Positions 26,173 to 32,000 of a stretch of 32,000 nt of DNA are shown piece by piece. Each line of letters opens with the position of its first letter. Positions within the stretch are counted from its first letter, which is position 1. The DNA comes from Acaryochloris marina S15 (lineage in GTDB: Bacteria; Cyanobacteriota; Cyanobacteriia; Thermosynechococcales; Thermosynechococcaceae), in contig NZ_CP064923.1 in assembly GCF_018336915.1 (NCBI RefSeq), positions 810,001 to 842,000 of the forward strand. Reading direction: 5' to 3'. Made by a program: the position numbers and the translations under genes. The notes beneath the pieces are model-generated. The model was not told the origin of the DNA. It did no database searches and was given only the letters and a program-made list of their open reading frames with translations.

Positions 26173-27126
26173 ATGGGACTGACGCTTCAGTTACCCAGCC
26201 CAGAAAGTGCAATTGCCCTAGCCGGAGAGCAGCAAGGAAATTTAAAGCTGTTTGCCCAACAAACTGGGGCCCAGCTGGTTTTGCGAGGACAAGAACTCCT
26301 CATTTCTGGAACGGATAAGCAAATAAAACTGTGTCAGCAGCTCATCTATTTATTAGAAGATGCTTGGCAGGCCGGGCAATCGATCTCGCCGGTAGATATT
26401 ATGGCTGCTCGCCAGGTCCTCAACACCAAGCGCCAAGAAGAATGGCAAGATCTCCAGCAAGATATTTTAGCGACGACCCGTCGAGGGGAACAGATTCGTG
26501 CTAAAACGCTACGCCAGCGACAGTATATTCAATTCATTCGTAAATACACATTGACGTTTGGGATTGGTCCTGCAGGGACCGGGAAAACCTATTTGGCTGC
26601 CGTATTAGCTGTACAAGCGCTGCTATCCAATGAATATGAACGTTTAATTCTGACTCGTCCTGCTATAGAAGCAGGAGAAAAGCTAGGATTCTTGCCGGGA
26701 GATTTACAGCAAAAAGTGAATCCCTATTTACGGCCTCTCTATGATGCCCTCTATGAGTTGATTGAGGCGGAGCGGATTACCAGCTTGATGGAGCGAGGCA
26801 TTATTGAAGTTGCCCCCCTTGCCTATATGCGAGGACGGACCCTAAACCGAGCCTTTGTCATTTTGGATGAGGCGCAAAACACAACGCCTGCTCAGATGAA
26901 AATGATGCTGACTAGGCTGGGCAAAGATTCACGGATGGTTGTTACGGGTGATGTTACCCAATCCGATCTACCCGTTAGCCAGACTTCAGGCTTGGCTGTT
27001 GCCCAAAAGATTTTGCAATCAATTGAAGGCATTGGTTTTTGTCACTTAGGCAAAGGCGACATTGTTCGCCACCCCTTAGTGTCTAAAATTATTGATGCTT
27101 ATGAGCATTACGAGACTAAAAAATAA
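26173..27126 (+). CDS. phoH: PhoH-family ATPase
   Basis: Walker A GPAGTGKTYLA, Walker B/DEAQ-like ILDEAQNTT and GDVTQSDLP are characteristic of PhoH-like proteins. 317 aa. Confidence 0.9.
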   Translation: MGLTLQLPSPESAIALAGEQQGNLKLFAQQTGAQLVLRGQELLISGTDKQIKLCQQLIYLLEDAWQAGQSISPVDIMAARQVLNTKRQEEWQDLQQDILATTRRGEQIRAKTLRQRQYIQFIRKYTLTFGIGPAGTGKTYLAAVLAVQALLSNEYERLILTRPAIEAGEKLGFLPGDLQQKVNPYLRPLYDALYELIEAERITSLMERGIIEVAPLAYMRGRTLNRAFVILDEAQNTTPAQMKMMLTRLGKDSRMVVTGDVTQSDLPVSQTSGLAVAQKILQSIEGIGFCHLGKGDIVRHPLVSKIIDAYEHYETKK

Positions 27127-27145
27127 TCTCATAATGCTCATAAGC
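27097..27145. terminator. Long inverted repeat spanning the phoH stop codon (probable bidirectional terminator between convergent genes)
   Basis: 19 nt arms GCTTATGAGCATTACGAGA (27097-27115) / TCTCATAATGCTCATAAGC (27127-27145) pair at 18 of 19 positions. The phoH TAA (27124-27126) sits in the 11 nt loop. No U-tract follows. Confidence 0.5.
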
Positions 27146-27163
27146 AGAATCCTAGCTCGACTG

Positions 27164-28063
27164 CTAATCTTGCTGGGATTTTTGAGCAACGCACATTAAA
27201 GATAATGCTGCATCGGGAGAGAGTGGATCAATGCCCGATAAGCGTTGCCCTAAGCCATAGCGCCAGTGGGGAGACTTTCCTAGTACACCTTGTTGAATTT
27301 CTGCACCCACTGTTTGGTTATGAGGGAATAAACGGATCTGAAACCCTTTTGATTGAAGCGTCTGTGTAAAGAGTTCAGCTGTCACACCGTCACCGGGATG
27401 ATGATGAATTTCAGTTTTCAAGGCAGTCAGTCTTTCTTCTGAGTCAATATGCAGACTTCTAAGAAAGAACCGATAAATAGGCAGCCGCATTTTGTAAAAC
27501 ATGAGGGCAAGACCTTGATAGTTCCAAGCTGAGCGTTGTGGATCATGGTCTACGATCAGAAGCCCACCTGGTTTAACCAGACGAGCCGCTTCAGCCAATA
27601 CGGTCGGCATATCTTCACAATGATGCAGGGCCGCATTCAAAGCAACGATATCTGCAAATTCGGACACGAAGGGAAGATCATGAGCATCGGCTAAAACGGG
27701 GGTATAGCCGATCTGAGCTGCCATCTTGAGGGCACCTTCAGCAACATCTACCCCAATCATGGTGCGAGGAGAACCTCCGATCGAGGCATATAAGTTGCCA
27801 GGTCCACACCCAATATCTACGACAACTTTATTGTCCCAGCTGCCCATGACTGATAACCATCGATCCCGAAAGACCGGATCGCGGTGGCAGGCATCGAAAT
27901 AGCTCTTTGCCCATTCTGGGTGACTGAAATAAACACTGTTTGCTTGTATCGCAGGACTGGCTTCAATCGGAGCGACCCAAATTCCATCACTGTTCTTAGT
28001 AATGGCTGCATGAGCACTAGAAAAAGGAAGTGTTGGGGAGGAAGATACTGCACTCAGAACCAT
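27164..28063 (-). CDS. Class I SAM-dependent methyltransferase
   Basis: Motif I VVDIGCGPGNL, then GVDVAEGAL, and later VKPGGLLIVDHD. The substrate is unknown. Confidence 0.8.
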   Translation of the reverse strand: MVLSAVSSSPTLPFSSAHAAITKNSDGIWVAPIEASPAIQANSVYFSHPEWAKSYFDACHRDPVFRDRWLSVMGSWDNKVVVDIGCGPGNLYASIGGSPRTMIGVDVAEGALKMAAQIGYTPVLADAHDLPFVSEFADIVALNAALHHCEDMPTVLAEAARLVKPGGLLIVDHDPQRSAWNYQGLALMFYKMRLPIYRFFLRSLHIDSEERLTALKTEIHHHPGDGVTAELFTQTLQSKGFQIRLFPHNQTVGAEIQQGVLGKSPHWRYGLGQRLSGIDPLSPDAALSLMCVAQKSQQD

Positions 28064-28236
28064 GACTTTACGCTATTTGCGCTCCATTAAAGTAATTTAA
28101 GATTGACAAGCCAAAGAAGAAGTAATTATTGAAAATAATGATAAGAATTGAAGTAAATGTTCTTGAATTTGTTTGCAGATATCGAAGAAATTTACATCTG
28201 ATTTTAAATATTTAACCGCGAGAAAAGAGTTAATTA

Positions 28237-28252
28237 TGTGATCTATGTCACA
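28237..28252. promoter_or_regulatory. Perfect CRP-family palindrome TGTGA-N6-TCACA
   Basis: Sequence TGTGATCTATGTCACA, and the palindrome extends to ATGTGA...TCACAT. It sits in a 577 bp AT-rich ORF-free region, 174-189 nt upstream of the methyltransferase start codon at 28063. Confidence 0.6.
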
Positions 28253-28640
28253 TGATTGCTGCGTTTGCAGCGCGATGGTTCAAAGCTAGTGCTTGCAATG
28301 CTTTATAGGTATATCTTTGGGAAGTTAGTCGTTGGTATTGATAACTTGACTTAGAAAAATTTTAGCAATAGCTAAGACTTTTCTAGAGATAAATACAATT
28401 AAATTATGAGCAGCATAGGTTTTAAGCTGATCTATTGGAATTCATCAGAGAATAAATTGAATTTGTGATTTTTGATACAAAAAAAATGGGTGTAACTATT
28501 TTTCTGTGGTGAAATATTGAAGGTGAGGTTGCTCAGAGTACAACATGCTTGATGGCATCTGTTCAGTGCAGAGTTTTGGGGATGGCTAACTCAGAACTAT
28601 CAGCCAATCCCCAGATGCTCTTGAGCAGACACAACAGTGA

Positions 28641-29051
28641 TTAGTTACTAATCCATCGTTGATAAAGCTTTTGGACAGCTCGGGTGACTGATTCCCGAAA
28701 TTGGGGGGTATTGCTCGGATCGAGTTGTTGCAATTGGGTTAAAAATTTTGCTTCTTCTTGGGCCACTTCGCCATCGCTATAGATCAGGCCGCTTAAATCT
28801 TCTAAAAGCTGTTGATACGCAGATGATTTGGGTTTCTTCCCTAAATAATCTTCTACCCAGGCATAGCATTCTTCTTTGGAAACAGACCGTAATCCATAGA
28901 GCCAAGGACGTAGTTCTGGATCTTCTTCCACTCCTTTATCATGGGCAATTTTGCGCAGATAGACTTGTTCTGCTTGTTGTACCGTGCCATCTAGCCAGGC
29001 GACACCAATTAAGATCTTTAGGAGTTTGACAACTTTTGCAGGTTGAGTCAT
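28641..29051 (-). CDS. TerB-like (tellurite-resistance TerB family / DUF-type) small protein
   Basis: The two-part pattern ILIGVAWLDGTVQQAEQVYL and LIYSDGEVAQEEAKFL resembles the duplicated ADG-x-E motif of the TerB fold. The ATG at 29051 has GAGGA 8 nt upstream, whereas the ORF-track start at 29066 is a GTG. Confidence 0.55.
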   Translation of the reverse strand: MTQPAKVVKLLKILIGVAWLDGTVQQAEQVYLRKIAHDKGVEEDPELRPWLYGLRSVSKEECYAWVEDYLGKKPKSSAYQQLLEDLSGLIYSDGEVAQEEAKFLTQLQQLDPSNTPQFRESVTRAVQKLYQRWISN

Positions 29052-29266
29052 GGGTGAAGTCCTCACTGATAGATCGTAATGAAGAAGGCTTAGTTTTAGA
29101 AAAGCAGTTTGTTGGAGTTATGTCCATCCATTCCCTGAACAATATTAAATCCTCAACACCCTCTGTAAATTATGGGGTCTTTGTATTGCCTCAACCCTGG
29201 TCCTAGAGCTGAGAAGCAGCTAAGCTTTGGCCCTATAGTGGGGTTAAACTCGTACGCATTTGAAGT

Positions 29267-29863
29267 ATGGATTATGCCTCTGAGCAGATTGCAGGTGTTG
29301 ATGAAGTGGGGAGGGGGGCCTTGTTTGGCCCTGTTGTGGCTGCTGCTGTCATTCTCTCTGATGAGGCGATAGAACAGTTAGTTGCCCAAGGGATGACGGA
29401 TAGCAAGAAACTATCGCCACGGCGTCGATTGTTATTGATGAAGCAAATCCGAGAGCTGGCAATAGGGTTTAGGGTGGGGATGGCTTCAGTGTATGAGATT
29501 GATCGCCTCAACATTCTGCAGGCTAGCTTACTCGCGATGCGGCGTGCTGTGCTGGGTCTGCCATCTACTCCTCAGTTTTGTTTAGTGGATGGGAATCAAC
29601 GGATTCCTAATTTGCTTGTTCAGCAAAGAACAGTCATTAAGGGCGATCAATCTGAACCTGCAATCGCAGCTGCCAGTATCCTGGCCAAAGTCTGGCGTGA
29701 TCAACTCATCGTGCGTCTAGATCAGCGTTACCCTGGATATGATTTGGCGTCTAATAAGGGCTATGGCAGCGCTAAACATCGGCAAGCCTTACAAGAACTC
29801 GGACCGACGTGCCAACATCGATTGTCCTTTGCGCCTTGCCAGGCCAGTTTACTTTCAGATTAA
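29267..29863 (+). CDS. rnhB: Ribonuclease HII
   Basis: GVDEVGRGALFGPVVAAAV (catalytic DE), DSKKLS, and later SKGYGS. 198 aa. Confidence 0.9.
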   Translation: MDYASEQIAGVDEVGRGALFGPVVAAAVILSDEAIEQLVAQGMTDSKKLSPRRRLLLMKQIRELAIGFRVGMASVYEIDRLNILQASLLAMRRAVLGLPSTPQFCLVDGNQRIPNLLVQQRTVIKGDQSEPAIAAASILAKVWRDQLIVRLDQRYPGYDLASNKGYGSAKHRQALQELGPTCQHRLSFAPCQASLLSD

Positions 29864-30561
29864 GAGTTCTCTGTTTTTTTAAGCCATTTTTGGTAGAGAT
29901 CAGGTCTGCGATCGCGAGTTCGTTGGATCTGCTGTTCCTGTCGCCACTGCTCAATCAGAGCATGGTTCCCAGACCGGAGTACAGAAGGGACCTGCCACCC
30001 CCTAAACTCAGCGGGGCGAGTATATTGTGGATAATCTAGCAACTCGGCTTCAAAACTCTCTTTTTTTAAAGACTCGACCTTACCGACTGTGCCGGGTCGC
30101 AAACGAATCACTCCATTTAAAAGGGTTAGTGCTGGAATCTCACCACAAGTGAGCACAAAATCACCTAGAGACAGCTCTTGAGTGACTAACTGTTCAGCGA
30201 CTCGCTCATCGACCCCTTCGTAATGGCCGCAAATCATCACTAACTGATCATAATGATTCGCTAGTTGATGAAATAGCGGTTGATTCATGGGTCGCCCTTG
30301 AGGGGTGAATAAGATAATTTGGCGGCGAGGCAGACAGGGCAAAGACTCTACCGCCGCAAAAATAGGTTCTGGTTTCATCAACATACCGACTCCGCCCCCA
30401 TACACCTCATCATCAACCCGATGATGTTTATCTGTAGTGAAATCGCGAGGATTAGTGAGATGGACCTCTGCCACCCCATTGGCAAGGGCTTTCCCTAACA
30501 GGCTAGTTTTAAGAGGCGAGGTAAAGAACTCTGGAAATAAAGTGAGAATATCGAAACGCAC
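29860..30561 (-). CDS. trmD: tRNA (guanine37-N1)-methyltransferase
   Basis: MRFDILTLFPEFF..., CGHYEGVDERV and SLGDFVLTCGE are the TrmD knot-fold signatures. It has a GTG start. Its stop overlaps the rnhB stop. Confidence 0.93.
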   Translation of the reverse strand: MRFDILTLFPEFFTSPLKTSLLGKALANGVAEVHLTNPRDFTTDKHHRVDDEVYGGGVGMLMKPEPIFAAVESLPCLPRRQIILFTPQGRPMNQPLFHQLANHYDQLVMICGHYEGVDERVAEQLVTQELSLGDFVLTCGEIPALTLLNGVIRLRPGTVGKVESLKKESFEAELLDYPQYTRPAEFRGWQVPSVLRSGNHALIEQWRQEQQIQRTRDRRPDLYQKWLKKTENS

Positions 30562-30645
30562 GTTAGGAATTTCCTGATTCGCTGAAGTTATGGCACTGAA
30601 AAGAATATCGCCATCGACCCCATCAATGGGCCCAAAACATCAATT

Positions 30646-30685
30646 TATAGGTATGGATAGAGATATATAGGTATGGATAGAGATA
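30646..30685. repeat. Perfect 20 bp tandem duplication, plus a partial third copy
   Basis: TATAGGTATGGATAGAGATA occurs at 30646-30665 and again at 30666-30685. TAGGTATG recurs at 30691-30698. It lies between the argB stop (30715) and the trmD start (30561). Confidence 0.9.
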
Positions 30686-30714
30686 ATTTTTAGGTATGAA
30701 ATGGAGAGGATGGA

Positions 30715-31569
30715 CTAAGCGGTGATCATGGTCCCAATTCCAGCATCGGTGAAAATCTCTAGAAGTAAGGCATGGGGGGCACGACCATCAATAATATGGG
30801 CCGCTTGAATCCCTTGGGCTAAAGAGCGAATACAGCAGGTCACTTTAGGAATCATGCCCCCTGCCACAACATCCTCTTCGATGAGTTGACGAGCCTGGCG
30901 AATATCCAGTTGATGAATGAGGGAAGTAGCATCTTGATAGTCTTGGAGAATGCCGGGGGTATCCGTCAGCAGAATGAGTTTCTCTGCATCTAGAGCAGCG
31001 GCGAGTTCTCCAGCCACCGTATCAGCATTAATGTTATAGACTTGTCCCTCTTCGTCCGTCGCCACACTGGACACAATAGGAATATGGCCTCCATCTAAGA
31101 GGGTATTGATCAGTTGGGGATTCACCGTAGCCACCTCTCCGACAAAACCGATTCCAGACTCCCCTTGAGGACGAGCCGTCAGTAACTTTCCATCCTTGCC
31201 GCAGACTCCAACAGCCGACCCTCCAGCTTGATTAATTAGGGAAACTAGCTCTTTATTGACTCGTCCCACGAGTACCATCTCCACAACATCCATTGTCGGA
31301 GCATCGGTGACTCGTAAACCATTCATAAACTGAGGCTCAATCCCTAGTTTTTCTAGCCATAGGTTGATTTCAGGTCCCCCACCATGGACTAAGACAGGAC
31401 GTAGACCAACACAGGCCATAAACACCACATCCCGAATCACCGTGGTTTTGAGGGTGCTATCTTTCATTGCCGCTCCACCATATTTAACAACGACCGTACG
31501 CCCAGCGAAGGATTGGATGTAGGGAAGAGCTTCACTTAATACTTGGACGCGATCGCTAGCGTTAAACAT
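30715..31569 (-). CDS. argB: Acetylglutamate kinase
   Basis: [39 protein letters not shown] and NINADT are the ArgB/AAK family signatures. The start is placed at the ATG at 31569 ([11 protein letters not shown]...). An upstream in-frame ATG at 31605 is possible. Confidence 0.93.
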   Translation of the reverse strand: MFNASDRVQVLSEALPYIQSFAGRTVVVKYGGAAMKDSTLKTTVIRDVVFMACVGLRPVLVHGGGPEINLWLEKLGIEPQFMNGLRVTDAPTMDVVEMVLVGRVNKELVSLINQAGGSAVGVCGKDGKLLTARPQGESGIGFVGEVATVNPQLINTLLDGGHIPIVSSVATDEEGQVYNINADTVAGELAAALDAEKLILLTDTPGILQDYQDATSLIHQLDIRQARQLIEEDVVAGGMIPKVTCCIRSLAQGIQAAHIIDGRAPHALLLEIFTDAGIGTMITA

Positions 31570-32000
31570 GCGGTTGGGTGGCAAAGAGAACAAAGCGCAA
31601 ACCATTGAACAGTAACGGCTTGCCCATAGACAGCAGTTTAGCTCGTTATGGTAGTTGACCGTAAGCAGGTCATGCCATCAATTCCAACAGCTCGTTTGGC
31701 CGCTGCTGATAAAGAAAGAGTGATATCAACATTTGGCTTAAGTCATGAACTTTTCAGGTTAGTTGAACGACTAAAAGGTATCAGGCTACGAATAATTACT
31801 TTTAGAGAATAAAACATGATTTCCTCGTCAGATCATGTCATTTATAGTGAGGTGCTAGGTCTTTTTATACTCACTATTTCAATTTTCTTCATGAAATTTT
31901 CTGAGTAATGGTTAACGTCTTCTCTTAGCTATTACAACTATTTCAGTAATTATAACCCTGCAATACTCTATTTCTTTCAATGAATAGAAGTCATATTTTG

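Noticed and set aside
14477-29954. Further nested or antisense ORFs: 14477-14677, 15474-15686, 15799-16029, 15824-16057, 15916-16116, 16449-16649, 17717-18067, 18753-18998, 22494-22772, 23036-23230, 24008-24346, 24392-24586, 25758-26024, 27817-28053, 27884-28090, 28748-29029, 28939-29142, 29172-29372, 29272-29514, 29772-29954 and 29809-30039.
   Set aside because: The reasoning is the same. They overlap psbD, the M28 peptidase, yeiH, gntK, the ABC genes, the KH-domain gene, the methyltransferase, the TerB-like gene, rnhB or trmD, and they show no motifs.
30646-30698. I considered whether the 20 bp direct repeats could be a minimal CRISPR array.
   Set aside because: The repeats are directly adjacent with no spacers, there are only about 2.4 copies, the unit is AT-rich and non-palindromic, and no cas genes are nearby.
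8466-31605. Longer N-terminal extensions offered by the ORF track: 8507 (GTG), 17997, 19595 (GTG), 20480 (TTG), 29066 (GTG), 13299 (TTG) and 31605.
   Set aside because: Internal ATG starts fit better. They give better signal peptides or family-typical N-termini, and in several cases (cysH at 20450, the TerB-like gene at 29051) have a recognisable Shine-Dalgarno sequence. The starts remain unverified.

Overview
This 32 kb window is cyanobacterial chromosome. The evidence is a photosystem II D2 gene (psbD) and at least 18 perfect copies of the HIP1 palindrome GCGATCGC, where about 0.5 would be expected by chance. Most of it is housekeeping: rpsN (partial), coaD, cysS, a LysM/M23 peptidase, an HtrA-type protease, rarA, psbD, an M28 peptidase, a yeiH-like transporter, cysH, gntK, a metal ABC importer, rpsP plus a KH-domain protein, phoH, rnhB, trmD and argB. 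I saw no rRNA, tRNA, CRISPR array, transposase or integrase.

Five things are worth a second look:
1. An uncharacterised, tightly packed four-gene minus-strand operon at 11977-14880 (HEIGH-motif protein, HEAT-repeat protein, unknown protein, HEAT-repeat protein), sitting between rarA and a stand-alone psbD.
2. Two perfect CRP-family palindromes (TGTGA-N6-TCACA), each inside an unusually long AT-rich ORF-free region (20451-21878 and 28064-28640).
3. An orphan bidirectional terminator in a 688 bp gene-free gap, which suggests an unannotated small RNA.
4. A Fur/Zur-like palindrome next to a metal ABC operon that has no binding-protein gene.
5. Unusual domain fusions: RarA with a degenerate methyltransferase-like domain, and FHA-PAS-GGDEF-EAL.

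All protein calls rest on motifs I read in the translations and on remembered family signatures. No database search was run.
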